IMG/VR virus record: IMGVR_UViG_3300046168_000072
Coordinates: 57,276-121,275 of that record
Direction: 5' to 3' (one strand)
DNA from: a virus
DNA length: 64,000 bases
Made by a program: the position numbers and the translations under genes. Position 1 is the stretch's first letter; each line of letters starts with the position of its first letter. The notes beneath the pieces were generated by a model. That model saw only the letters and a list, made by a program, of their open reading frames with translations, ran no database searches and was not told where the DNA came from. This document shows positions 31,382 to 41,084 of the stretch, in pieces.

Positions 31382-32251
31382 TTATTTATAATTAAGAATT
31401 GCATTTTCTAAAGCTTCTGTCACGGTTCTTATTTTTATGTATTTTTCAACTTTTGATGTATCAAGAACGCAGTTTGATCTTGGGGTAATAACATGTTCGC
31501 TGAAAGATTCTAGGCTATCAAAAAATTCAAAGTCTTTATTTGATAAATTATACTTCTTGATTAACTCAACAACATCTTTTGTCGTAACGCTCCCTTTGTT
31601 TGTAATATTATAAATTCCATGAGGAACTTTTTGTTCAAGCAAATCAATTGCGTATTTTGCAAAATCCCTTCTGTGGGATAAAGAATTTGCTACGTTTAAT
31701 AATTTGTCGTAAGAAAGTAATTTTGTCAAATAATTTCTTGGTGATTTATGTTCGTCAAAAGGTATTCGCAACCTAAAAAGGTACGACCTTGGATTATGTT
31801 TAAGTATCATTTTTTCACATAAAGCTTTTGTTCCGCTGTAAAAACTGCCGTTTTGAAAATCAAAATTAGAATCATCTTCTTCGGAAAACTTTTTTGAATA
31901 TCCATTGTATATGCAACCAGAAGATATTTGAACTAAAGTAGAATAGGTAGTTGTGCAAAAATTAGCTAAATTAGTAGGGAAAATGACATTGCCCATAATA
32001 GTATCCGCTTTATTTAACTCACAAGCATCAACATTTGGCTTGCCTATGTGCCCCGCGCAGTTGATTATAACGGCATTTTTAAAAGACTTATCGTAACTAT
32101 TATAATGCATATGCGCATAGTTCGTGAACTCCTTAAAATTAGTATAATCTAAATCAGACCTACTTAAAGCTAAATATTTTAGACTTCTTGACTTCAATTC
32201 TTTTATAATAGCCTCTGCTATGTATCCATTCTTTCCCAATACTACGTACAT
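31382..32251 (-). CDS. RmlD-like / NDP-4-keto-6-deoxyhexose 3,5-epimerase-4-reductase (rhamnose synthesis)
   Basis: LGKNGYIA, INCAGHIGKPNVDACE, SSGCIY, SFYSGTK and LRIPF. Confidence 0.8.
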   Translation of the reverse strand: MYVVLGKNGYIAEAIIKELKSRSLKYLALSRSDLDYTNFKEFTNYAHMHYNSYDKSFKNAVIINCAGHIGKPNVDACELNKADTIMGNVIFPTNLANFCTTTYSTLVQISSGCIYNGYSKKFSEEDDSNFDFQNGSFYSGTKALCEKMILKHNPRSYLFRLRIPFDEHKSPRNYLTKLLSYDKLLNVANSLSHRRDFAKYAIDLLEQKVPHGIYNITNKGSVTTKDVVELIKKYNLSNKDFEFFDSLESFSEHVITPRSNCVLDTSKVEKYIKIRTVTEALENAILNYK

Positions 32252-32254
32252 AAA

Positions 32255-33142
32255 CTAATAACACTTCTCCTGAAAATTAATGTGAAAATTTGGTATACCT
32301 TTATATAGGCAAAACTCATTGAATCTGCTAAAGTTTTTAAATAAAAAATTTGTATACTGTAATAAGTAAAAATCCACTAATGCTTCTTTAGCTATGTTTA
32401 TGCGTCCGTACTTTTCTTCCATTTTAATTTGTATCTCTGTGGACTGCTCGCCTTTTTCGTGGCCAGTACCACAACCTGGAGGAGCAAAGTATCTTTCAGT
32501 TACGATTGTATTTCCGTATTCTTTTTCGAACAAATCAACGAACTGCTTTGAATCTGTAGCAACAAAAAACTTATAATTATCGCAGGCTTTTAAAAATGCA
32601 CGTGGTGAATCAAATAATACATGATCTATTTTTTCTTTATAAATATCAAAGATAGTTTGAATTGCATTTCTTTTCCCCTGGAAACGATTTGAGTCTCCAG
32701 TTATTGGCGGCAAAACTTCTCCGTTTGATGTTCGGGCATGAACTCCAACTACATAATTTCCAGTAAAGTATTTTTCGCGCATGCTATCAATTTCAGCAGC
32801 AATACTTCTGTGAACATTTATGCGATCAAATGTATCATAAAATTTTTTTGACTCTTCTTGCGATTTAAGTGGGTTTTTGATTACCAATCTAGAATCAGAA
32901 TGTTGTTCGGCATCTTTTTTCAGCTGATCTATATATTCCTCATTGACAATGACTTCTGTGTCTGTATCAATGTGATGAAAATATTCAGCAAACAAGTTAC
33001 TATCACCTTTGCTGGCCCAATGCCCGCGCATATCAATTAGTATGCCTTTATTATTCTGCTCGCAATACATTAAAGCATTTGTGAGATGCCATAAGGTATC
33101 GCCCCATCCAGTGTCACGAGAAAAATAATAATAATTATTCAC
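32255..33142 (-). CDS. NodZ-like alpha-1,6-fucosyltransferase (GT23-like)
   Basis: TGWGDTLW, IDMRG, NLFAEYF, VGVHARTSNGE, FVATD and ALVDFYLL. Confidence 0.75.
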   Translation of the reverse strand: MNNYYYFSRDTGWGDTLWHLTNALMYCEQNNKGILIDMRGHWASKGDSNLFAEYFHHIDTDTEVIVNEEYIDQLKKDAEQHSDSRLVIKNPLKSQEESKKFYDTFDRINVHRSIAAEIDSMREKYFTGNYVVGVHARTSNGEVLPPITGDSNRFQGKRNAIQTIFDIYKEKIDHVLFDSPRAFLKACDNYKFFVATDSKQFVDLFEKEYGNTIVTERYFAPPGCGTGHEKGEQSTEIQIKMEEKYGRINIAKEALVDFYLLQYTNFLFKNFSRFNEFCLYKGIPNFHINFQEKCY

Positions 33143-33945
33143 AATATAATCTTCTCATCTCCATATTTATCAAACATTTCTTGGTAGTTAGGTATCTTAT
33201 TGTATGCTTTTTTACCAAACACTCTTCTGCCTGTATCCAGGAAGTTTTTAACATTATCGTAATCAACTTCTACATTAAGGTATGCAATCATATTATCAAA
33301 CTGCGCAAGCCTTTGTTCGTAAGTTTCTAAACCATAAAGATCTTCATATTTAGAAACGTAAGCGTCAGGAGGAAGTAGCTCATGGTAGTGCGGTAAATAT
33401 TTTTTATACCATTTGATTCTTCTTTGAATCGGCGGCTCTTCTAGATCTTGATAATCAAATGAGTCAACTTTTGCTTTATGTTCTTTTTGCTCACCTAACT
33501 GCCAAACTTGAACTTGATTTGCTAGCTGCCATGAAACTGCAGGATAAAATGCACTTTCTCTGTATTGATATATAATTTTTATACCATGTGCCGCGCAGTA
33601 ATATATAAAGTTTTCATTACCAACTTCAGAGACTGTACACCAAACATGTTTAACGCCATCAAATACGAAAAATAAATCATCAAGAAATTCCCAAAGCTTT
33701 TCTCGATTTTCAGAAATGTTATTAAATTTATTAAAGTATGGTATATGGTCTGACTTTGGAAGGTTGTCAGGGTTCATATCATGGTCTTCAATAATCTTAG
33801 CATATCTTGGGTTATGCTCAAGGTCACCAGTGAGAGAGGATAATGGCTCATGAACAATGCGATCATTTTTATTAAGAGCGGCAATTAGACTCGTGGTTCC
33901 CGCTCTTTCTTGACCAAAAATTACAAATTTAGAATCCATAATCAA
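33139..33945 (-). CDS. P-loop sulfotransferase (Stf0/NodH-like)
   Basis: FVIFGQERAGTTSL, HEP, AVSWQLA, YEDL and IPNY. Confidence 0.72.
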   Translation of the reverse strand: MIMDSKFVIFGQERAGTTSLIAALNKNDRIVHEPLSSLTGDLEHNPRYAKIIEDHDMNPDNLPKSDHIPYFNKFNNISENREKLWEFLDDLFFVFDGVKHVWCTVSEVGNENFIYYCAAHGIKIIYQYRESAFYPAVSWQLANQVQVWQLGEQKEHKAKVDSFDYQDLEEPPIQRRIKWYKKYLPHYHELLPPDAYVSKYEDLYGLETYEQRLAQFDNMIAYLNVEVDYDNVKNFLDTGRRVFGKKAYNKIPNYQEMFDKYGDEKIIL

Positions 33946-34615
33946 AATAAACTAAATCTTCTGCGAAATGTTTTTCTATATAATCTTTACTGTACGTTGA
34001 ATAGTAGTCTTGATAGCTTGTTTTCTTTTTGTATTCTGCACTACTGTTTTTTCTCCAATCATCAAAGCCTTTGCGGCTTTTAAACTTAAGTGTTGTTTGA
34101 AGCTGGAACAAACATTCTTGCATGTCTTCCACTTTGAAAAATTTATCTATTTCAACTCTGCCTTGATAAGTGACTCTACTTAAATTGGTGTCGTAATATC
34201 CAGCATGAAATTCTTTAATAGCTTTTTCCTCATAAGCGTAATTGATGAAACCATCAAAATCATCATTGATATAATATTCATGAAACTTTTTAACATATGG
34301 CATTTTGGGCGAATCAATATTATTCTCTACAAAATAATCATATTTCCAGCCGCCAAGATATGAGAACATAGAAACAACACGATCAAAAGGATTGCGTACT
34401 ATTGTAAATTTAAAATAATCTTTATAATCAGGAACTTCCCAAAGTATTCCATTGATAGCTCTCTCGCATGTAGTTTTATATTTGCTATCATAATCTTGTT
34501 GGTTTTGATTATTTTCGTAATCAGACTCTATATTCGATAAAAGATAGTGCTTGATAAATGTGCCCCCAGACTTTGGAATGTGTACGTAAATAAATTTATG
34601 ATCGTGACTATACAT
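33929..34615 (-). CDS. Sulfotransferase family 2
   Basis: YVHIPKSGGT and IVRNPFDRVVSMF. Confidence 0.88.
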   Translation of the reverse strand: MYSHDHKFIYVHIPKSGGTFIKHYLLSNIESDYENNQNQQDYDSKYKTTCERAINGILWEVPDYKDYFKFTIVRNPFDRVVSMFSYLGGWKYDYFVENNIDSPKMPYVKKFHEYYINDDFDGFINYAYEEKAIKEFHAGYYDTNLSRVTYQGRVEIDKFFKVEDMQECLFQLQTTLKFKSRKGFDDWRKNSSAEYKKKTSYQDYYSTYSKDYIEKHFAEDLVYFDYGF

Positions 34616-35459
34616 TGATCTTGTCCATGACTGCAGGATTATCTAAGTTATCAAGCAAGAACTGTTTTCCGTCTTCGCCGCAAAGATGGCACAGATAAAA
34701 GTCTTTATTATCTTCACCTTTTTGAAAGCAAGCTTGGTAATTCGCGTTCCATACCCATTGTAAAGGTTTATGATGATCTGTGACGTTTGTCTTGGCGTAT
34801 GCATAGCCATACATATCTTGGTCAATGAAGTCTTTACGCTCTCCAAGTATCTCTAGAACTGGATTATCAATCAAGCCATGCTCTTTTAAGAAATCAACAA
34901 TCGTATTTTGATCTGGTAAAACTTCAACCATTTCAGATACAATTTTACGACTCATGATGTAACAACCAAGATTTAAATTATATTTTGGAATATTACGCTG
35001 AGTTTTTTCATTAAACCAGTAAACATCTTCGTCTTCAGGAATAGCTTTAAGGTATTCTTTTAAAAATATTTCATTCTTTTTAACCACCGCCTCGTTAAAG
35101 CCATACTGCATCATAAACTCATCATCTTTGTGATACTCAAAAATATCAGGCGCGGTTTTACTTACGACCATATCAAGATCAAGCAATGCAAATTTATCAT
35201 AATCACTTTTTAAAAACTCATGCAAAAATAAAATTTTGACAAAAGTACTTTTTTGATAATGACTAAAGCTATACTGATGTATATCTTGATAACCAGGAAA
35301 ATCTGCCATTGATATAATTTTTAAATCACATCCAATTTTTTCTGCATATTTTTCAATAGAACCAAGGCAATGAGGCACCCATGCCATATCTTTGTATCCA
35401 GGATTTGCAAAGTCAGTATCCTTTGGCAAATCGTTGATTACATAAATTACATTACTCAT
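34608..35459 (-). CDS. Putative GT-A glycosyltransferase (GT34/GT8-like)
   Basis: YAEKIGCD, LLDLD, APDIF, NLG, DQD, WNA and LCHLCG. Confidence 0.7.
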   Translation of the reverse strand: MSNVIYVINDLPKDTDFANPGYKDMAWVPHCLGSIEKYAEKIGCDLKIISMADFPGYQDIHQYSFSHYQKSTFVKILFLHEFLKSDYDKFALLDLDMVVSKTAPDIFEYHKDDEFMMQYGFNEAVVKKNEIFLKEYLKAIPEDEDVYWFNEKTQRNIPKYNLNLGCYIMSRKIVSEMVEVLPDQNTIVDFLKEHGLIDNPVLEILGERKDFIDQDMYGYAYAKTNVTDHHKPLQWVWNANYQACFQKGEDNKDFYLCHLCGEDGKQFLLDNLDNPAVMDKINV

Positions 35460-36391
35460 AATCTAGTCACCTCCAAATTTTCATCAAGCAAGCCCCAGTT
35501 ATCTGGATTAGGATTATCCAGTAGCTTATTTCTGACATCAAGAGAATTGGTTTTCCTGGCTCCCTCTTGTTGTGCATGTGGCTGCGTGGTATCATTCGCG
35601 GCTCCATCATCACGACCATGAAATTGATGATAAAAATCAGCATCAATAGCTAAGCATAAATTGTATATTTCTTCTTTTGCAGCTATACGATTTAAAAATT
35701 CTGTATCCATACTGTTCATATACACAAGCTTTTCATTAAAGCCTTTATGTTCTATATAACATTCGCGTTCTACCATCATAACCCCAACAGCACCCCCATA
35801 AAAAGGGAAAACTTCTTTGTTTGGCATCAGTCTGCTATAATGATTATGTTCATGGCAAACCTCGACCTTATGGGAAAGCTTTTGATCATAAATAAAATCA
35901 CGAAAAACAGAATGATGAGATTGGTTTTCGTCTAAGTTTCGGCGGCTACAAAAAGAAGCTCTGGGCCATTTCCAACCATAATCTTTCACTTCGAATTCGT
36001 GATAAAACCAATCCATAAAACGCTGACCTATTAATGTATCTTGATCGATACGCGCAAAATGCTTCCCTTGCATCTGGCGGAATCCTACATTCATAGCATG
36101 TACTTCTGAAAATGGCGAATCGCCTTGATGTTTGTCAGCAATATCAGGTGGAACTGTTACAATATTCAAAAGATTTTTAGTTTCTGGAACTAACCTACCA
36201 AGAATATCATCTTTCATTGGCTTGTTTCTTGAGCACCAATCAACCAGGATAACTTCAGACTGATCTTCGACATTATTTTTACGAATAATCTCGCAAGCAT
36301 GATTTACAGTATTAATGCACCTTCCTACAGAATCACCGTTATAATTATCATTACGAGAACAAACTATATATGATATTTTTTTTTCGCTCAT
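35456..36391 (-). CDS. GT2-like glycosyltransferase
   Basis: SRNDNYNG, ILVDW, NVGFR, IDQD and GFNE...MDTE. Confidence 0.7.
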   Translation of the reverse strand: MSEKKISYIVCSRNDNYNGDSVGRCINTVNHACEIIRKNNVEDQSEVILVDWCSRNKPMKDDILGRLVPETKNLLNIVTVPPDIADKHQGDSPFSEVHAMNVGFRQMQGKHFARIDQDTLIGQRFMDWFYHEFEVKDYGWKWPRASFCSRRNLDENQSHHSVFRDFIYDQKLSHKVEVCHEHNHYSRLMPNKEVFPFYGGAVGVMMVERECYIEHKGFNEKLVYMNSMDTEFLNRIAAKEEIYNLCLAIDADFYHQFHGRDDGAANDTTQPHAQQEGARKTNSLDVRNKLLDNPNPDNWGLLDENLEVTRL

Positions 36392-37038
36392 GTTTCTGGA
36401 ACTAATCGTTTACAATTAAACGCAAATACTCTTTGTGGATTTGGAACAACTACTTGCTTGCCGCCAATCTGCTTTAGCATATTCATGTATGTAGAGCCTG
36501 GCGTCGAAATATGTTTATCTAAATGTTTTAAACAATGAAAATTAATACTTGGTCTATATTCTTCTTCTATATTAGTATTATATGTATTCGGAACAATGTA
36601 AAAAACTTTATTCATCCAGTTAAATACGTCATGTAACTTTAATAAAATGTCTTCTGAGTCTGTGACTACAAAGAAGTTTGCTTGTCTTGCGTTAATTTGC
36701 ACTTTATTCATTTGAGCAATATAAACATTTAGATTAGATACTTTTTCTGATTCTAATATAACGCCCCAAGTATGTTCTGTTATTCGTTTATTTACTCTTA
36801 TAATTTCTTCGATAGCGGGCTCTGGCATGGAGCTTAAACTGTGAATTTGATTGTTGAATTTATAAGCTTCGTATTCCATTGTTAGGCTTGTGATTTTTTT
36901 TTGTTCTGTATAGTATAATTGAGAGTTTAAATAATTCAATTCATTATCTAAATAACGATGAAGATTATCAATTTTTTTTTGATAACCTCGTTTAATTTTA
37001 CACAGATATTTCTTACTTTGTCCTAAAAAATCAATCAC
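36388..37038 (-). CDS. Hypothetical protein (possible degenerate fucosyltransferase fold)
   Basis: 216-aa ORF with GTG start. FFVVTDSED and STY motifs recall the C-terminal half of GT11/GT23. Confidence 0.45.
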   Translation of the reverse strand: MIDFLGQSKKYLCKIKRGYQKKIDNLHRYLDNELNYLNSQLYYTEQKKITSLTMEYEAYKFNNQIHSLSSMPEPAIEEIIRVNKRITEHTWGVILESEKVSNLNVYIAQMNKVQINARQANFFVVTDSEDILLKLHDVFNWMNKVFYIVPNTYNTNIEEEYRPSINFHCLKHLDKHISTPGSTYMNMLKQIGGKQVVVPNPQRVFAFNCKRLVPET

Positions 37039-37124
37039 GTAGGAGGAGCTGGTGGAGTTTTATGAATCAACAAAGCTAGCTTCTTTACTAAGAGTTTAGC
37101 ACCTTTTTTTATTAAAAGAGACAT
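37035..37124 (-). CDS. 29-aa small ORF MSLLIKKGAKLLVKKLALLIHKTPPAPPT
   Basis: ATG at 37124. Its TGA overlaps the GTG of the next gene (GTGA). It fills an otherwise empty gap and is below the ORF-track cutoff. Confidence 0.5.
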   Translation of the reverse strand: MSLLIKKGAKLLVKKLALLIHKTPPAPPT

Positions 37125-37165
37125 AGCTTACGGTAACCACAATGAAATCACATTAAAACGTAAGC

Positions 37166-37657
37166 TTATCCAGAACTAATCATTAATGCACCGTTACTGA
37201 CCCAGACTCTACCTTTTGTGTTTGGGTTTGACTTTGGTAATGCGTCATAATTTAAAACTATATGAGCTCCACTTAGACAAGAAGATCCATTTACATGAAG
37301 GCTATAGAGGGGGTCATCAATATTGACTCCAACTTTTCCACTATCAGTCACCACAAATGTTGTAATATTTCCAGTGCCAATAGTTGCTTCGTTTTCTAAA
37401 AAACCGCTATTTCCTGTAAGGGTTAAATATATTCCGCTTTGACCGCTAAACCGAGAATGACCAAGGGTTCCAACGGGCATCCAGTCATAAGTATTATCCT
37501 CGCCTGTTTTTTCATAAAATTGATTGTCAAGCGAATTTAGATAATTTGTGCCAACTATACCAGCCGCTTTAGAGCTTCCACTGGGATGACCTTCATCTGT
37601 TATAATTGGGCGTCTAATCCCAAGATTGTTGTTTACGAAATCTTCAAAAGCGCCCAT
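37166..37657 (-). CDS. Hypothetical virion-type protein
   Basis: GKVGVNIDDPLYSLHVNG and LPKSNPNTKGRVW motifs typical of phage fibre proteins. Confidence 0.65.
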   Translation of the reverse strand: MGAFEDFVNNNLGIRRPIITDEGHPSGSSKAAGIVGTNYLNSLDNQFYEKTGEDNTYDWMPVGTLGHSRFSGQSGIYLTLTGNSGFLENEATIGTGNITTFVVTDSGKVGVNIDDPLYSLHVNGSSCLSGAHIVLNYDALPKSNPNTKGRVWVSNGALMISSG

Positions 37658-37659
37658 AA

Positions 37660-40587
37660 TTAATCCTCCGATACAGCGAATTGAGCTGGGTTATTAACCG
37701 CAGTATTTGCTGCTCTATTTAATTTATCTAAGTTAAAAATGTAATCTCCATTAGAATTTGTTACGCCTAATGAATCACAAATGGTAAATTTATTATCTAA
37801 ATCATAAGTATTGTCTAGTTGGACACCATCACTATACGATTGATAAGAGTATATAGTTCCTTCATTTGGGCCAGAACCACCTTCACTAATATTTTCCATA
37901 TTGACATTATTTGGATCACCAACAGACGTACCTATTTCAGCCAGGCCTGCGCCAAGACTAGTTGGTGAGGCCGTAATGGTTCTTGCGGAAAAACCTTCTA
38001 GTGTGTAATTTGGATTTGTAGATATTGTTGTAGTAGTAATACCAGCTAAATTATCTCCACTAACTTGCCAATTAAAAGTGCCTTTAGTGTCTAAATCATC
38101 AACCGTAATTCGAAAAGAATTTGAATTTGTATTTGTGCCTGCTGATGTCTGATTTAAGTCGGAAGCAACAGTTTGATTAGAGTCAGTATCTAATGTTGGA
38201 TTATTCAGCATTAGCTGAGAAGAAACTAAGTTAAAATTATCTGATATTCCTGCAGGAGAACTAGATAGAGGAGAAGCTAAACCATTAATTGAGAAAGTTA
38301 AAGCGTCGTTCGCAATATTAACTACTGTAGAATCAGACGAAACAGCTCCATTGGAAGTTTTAGTTGCTGTGATCGTAAAGTTGTTAGTAGAAATATTATA
38401 ACCACCGTTTATTCTATTGACTGTTTTACTGTTTTCGTAATCGTTTGGATCAGTAATACTGAGCTGACCATTAGAAGAATAAACTATCGTGTCAAAATTT
38501 GTTACAGTATTAGCAATGATGGATGATTCAGATCCTTTCAGGGCTTGTTGACTTGCTGGATAAGCAATGGAAGAGATCGTAACTGATGGAGAGCTATTGT
38601 TTAAGGATACAGAATTATTAGAACTGAATTCATCGCCAAATATATTATAAAATGAATTGCTTGGTGTAGCTTTAATTCCTACAGTGCCATTTCTGCTAGC
38701 TTCATCTGTAACTGTAATAGGGACAGTATATCTAAATACGCCACCTCCTAGATCCGTGGAAGAATAATTTGACGCAGACTGCCCTTCGCTTAATCCGTAA
38801 TTAGAAATCTGTAAATTAACTCGGTTTGAATCGCTGTCATTTAATTGAACATCAATATATGCATTGATTATATCGCCACCTTTTACTTCACTTACGCCAA
38901 CAATGTTTGGAGATTGAGCAGAAGTTGCTGTAGAATCAAAAGATATTGCACTAATTTGAGGAGGATTTGCAATTTTAATTTTCACATTATCTGAATCAAC
39001 TGCTCCATTATTTACGCGAACAGCTTCAATGGCGACATTATCTTGATCTGAATAAACACCATCTACATAAGAAACGGTTTTGGGGTTTTCAAAAGTTCCG
39101 CTGTTAGATATTAATATATCATTTGTCAGTCCAGAATATAAAACTGTATCTCCATTATTATCGTTCCAATTAGAAATTGTATTAGAAAACGTAGTAGACT
39201 CTCCATCTCTTAAGCCATCCGAACGCCCATTATAAGAAGAAGGGTCACTAGCAGAAATTGATGGATAATTTTGATCAAGATTAATTTGATTTGAGGAAGA
39301 TGTAAGAGCACCTGAAGTGCCAAAAGCATTTCTGGCAATGATATGAATACCCTCTGCGCCGTTTCTCGAATTAGTAATCGTGATTGGAATAGTAGCTGTA
39401 TAGTTACCATCGCCCGTATCAGTCAAAGAATAATTCGATTCAGTTATTCCATCAGAAATTCCAGAGTTTAAAACTTTTATTACATCAACATCGTCAGTAT
39501 CAAAAACTGCAAAAACATTAATTTGATCGTCTCCTTTTAAATGTGTTAGACCTAAACGCGTACCATTTTTAGGAGTAGCGTTTGAAATGCTATCAACAAT
39601 TAAAGATATAGGAGTAGGGCCACCCCCAAGTTCATTTAATGCAATGATGGAACCTGCCCCATTAGCTTGCCCGCTAATAAAATCTCTGCCAGTAAATGAA
39701 AGATTATCTAAATAACCTTCGAATCTTCTAGTATAACTTCCAAGCTCAGTAATTTGATTATCTGGTATTCTTATACCATCAATAAAACCAGAACCCATGT
39801 AAGAATCACCTGGACCATCCCAACGTAAATAAACTTTTAAATCTGAAGCTGTATCAACTTCAATTCCAGATAAATAAGTATCTGAAGTTGGAGTGTTATA
39901 ATAAGTTTTGGTAGTTGGCCCAAGATTATTTTCGGCATTAGAGAAAAAAGCAAATTGAGTTCCAGCTCCCCCACTAACGCCTTGAGAAACTTGACCTGTG
40001 AAACTAATAGAAAGAGTATTTCCTGATTCACTTACTCCAATATTAGATCCACCAGCGATAGATTTTAATTTTAGATCTGTACTTTCTATACCGCTAACTA
40101 AACCTAATCCACTACCAACATTTGAGGCTGTAGTCGCTTCAGTTTGACCAGTAAAATTAATAAATAACGAATCTGAAGATTCTGATATAGACAAAAAATT
40201 ACCAACTTCAATTGATTTTATTTTAAGATCAGAGTTAAGCTCGCCGCTAACCAGACCAAGCCCAGTACCAATATTTGAAGCGGAAGTATGGGTTAAATCC
40301 TCAGATATGCTAATCAAAGCTTCATTCTTGTCGTTCTCTGCAATTGATATTCCTGAGCCACCAAAAAGAGTTTTTAAATTTAACGTACTTCCAGAAATAG
40401 ATTCACCAACAGAAATGCCTCGACCAAGACTATTAATTTCATTTAAATAACCGCTAAATAAATGTTGTTTTTCTATTTGAACAACGCGTAAATTTAAAAG
40501 ATTATTGGGTTCAGCCTCTGCTATAAAAACATCATCATCGGCCAAAGACTTAACCTTGGGTAACTCACTGGGTCTTAAATTAGCCAT
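37660..40587 (-). CDS. Large (975 aa) S/T/N/G-rich virion structural protein with internal repeats
   Basis: N-terminal LRPSELP...LADDD motif, three SNxGxGLGLVSG...LKxKSI fibre-type repeats, and a duplicated Ig-like module (LKGDDQINV / VKGGDIINA ... PITxT..SRNG). Confidence 0.7.
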   Translation of the reverse strand: MANLRPSELPKVKSLADDDVFIAEAEPNNLLNLRVVQIEKQHLFSGYLNEINSLGRGISVGESISGSTLNLKTLFGGSGISIAENDKNEALISISEDLTHTSASNIGTGLGLVSGELNSDLKIKSIEVGNFLSISESSDSLFINFTGQTEATTASNVGSGLGLVSGIESTDLKLKSIAGGSNIGVSESGNTLSISFTGQVSQGVSGGAGTQFAFFSNAENNLGPTTKTYYNTPTSDTYLSGIEVDTASDLKVYLRWDGPGDSYMGSGFIDGIRIPDNQITELGSYTRRFEGYLDNLSFTGRDFISGQANGAGSIIALNELGGGPTPISLIVDSISNATPKNGTRLGLTHLKGDDQINVFAVFDTDDVDVIKVLNSGISDGITESNYSLTDTGDGNYTATIPITITNSRNGAEGIHIIARNAFGTSGALTSSSNQINLDQNYPSISASDPSSYNGRSDGLRDGESTTFSNTISNWNDNNGDTVLYSGLTNDILISNSGTFENPKTVSYVDGVYSDQDNVAIEAVRVNNGAVDSDNVKIKIANPPQISAISFDSTATSAQSPNIVGVSEVKGGDIINAYIDVQLNDSDSNRVNLQISNYGLSEGQSASNYSSTDLGGGVFRYTVPITVTDEASRNGTVGIKATPSNSFYNIFGDEFSSNNSVSLNNSSPSVTISSIAYPASQQALKGSESSIIANTVTNFDTIVYSSNGQLSITDPNDYENSKTVNRINGGYNISTNNFTITATKTSNGAVSSDSTVVNIANDALTFSINGLASPLSSSPAGISDNFNLVSSQLMLNNPTLDTDSNQTVASDLNQTSAGTNTNSNSFRITVDDLDTKGTFNWQVSGDNLAGITTTTISTNPNYTLEGFSARTITASPTSLGAGLAEIGTSVGDPNNVNMENISEGGSGPNEGTIYSYQSYSDGVQLDNTYDLDNKFTICDSLGVTNSNGDYIFNLDKLNRAANTAVNNPAQFAVSED

Positions 40588-40810
40588 GATCTATGTTCCT
40601 TTCGTTTTCTACCTTAGATCTAACATCTACAGTATCTCTGGTTTTGATATTTAATAATATATTGTCTTTATTTTCCGTGCCTATTAACAGGTCATCTTCA
40701 TTCCTTAATAACTGAGACTCTCTTAAATAAAAACCTTTATCATCAAAAGTCACCTTGCCAGATTTAATTTTATTGTTATAATTCGATGGGCTTTTATTGA
40801 TTTTAGACAT
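40580..40810 (-). CDS. Hypothetical protein
   Basis: 76-aa ORF overlapping both neighbours. Confidence 0.55.
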   Translation of the reverse strand: MSKINKSPSNYNNKIKSGKVTFDDKGFYLRESQLLRNEDDLLIGTENKDNILLNIKTRDTVDVRSKVENERNIDHG

Positions 40811-41015
40811 GATTCGTGTCCTCCTCTTTATTTTGCGTGGGATAGGTATTATTAACCTTGAGGTTATAATAGGGAGCTAAATCTTTAATGATGTACTCGA
40901 CTCCCCTACGCATTAATTCTGATACAGAATACCCTGTTTCGTCAGAAATCGCTTTAAGCGCATTCTTTTGATTGGTATGTAGCCAAAATTCTATTTTCTC
41001 TTTGTTGTCTTTCAT
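40803..41015 (-). CDS. Ribbon-helix-helix (CopG-like) DNA-binding protein
   Basis: KIEFWL strand followed by QKNALKAISDETGYSVSELMRRGVEYII. Confidence 0.75.
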   Translation of the reverse strand: MKDNKEKIEFWLHTNQKNALKAISDETGYSVSELMRRGVEYIIKDLAPYYNLKVNNTYPTQNKEEDTNHV

Positions 41016-41026
41016 GAAAAAAGCTT

Positions 41027-41057
41027 GAATATATACATGTTATATACATGTATATTC
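41027..41057. promoter_or_regulatory. Tandem/palindromic ATATACATGT site, putative RHH operator
   Basis: gaatATATACATGTtATATACATGTatattc. The second copy forms the perfect palindrome ATATACATGTATAT. It lies 12-42 nt upstream of the RHH start. Confidence 0.5.
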
Positions 41058-41084
41058 TATACAAAGAGAACTATTTTTTAAATA

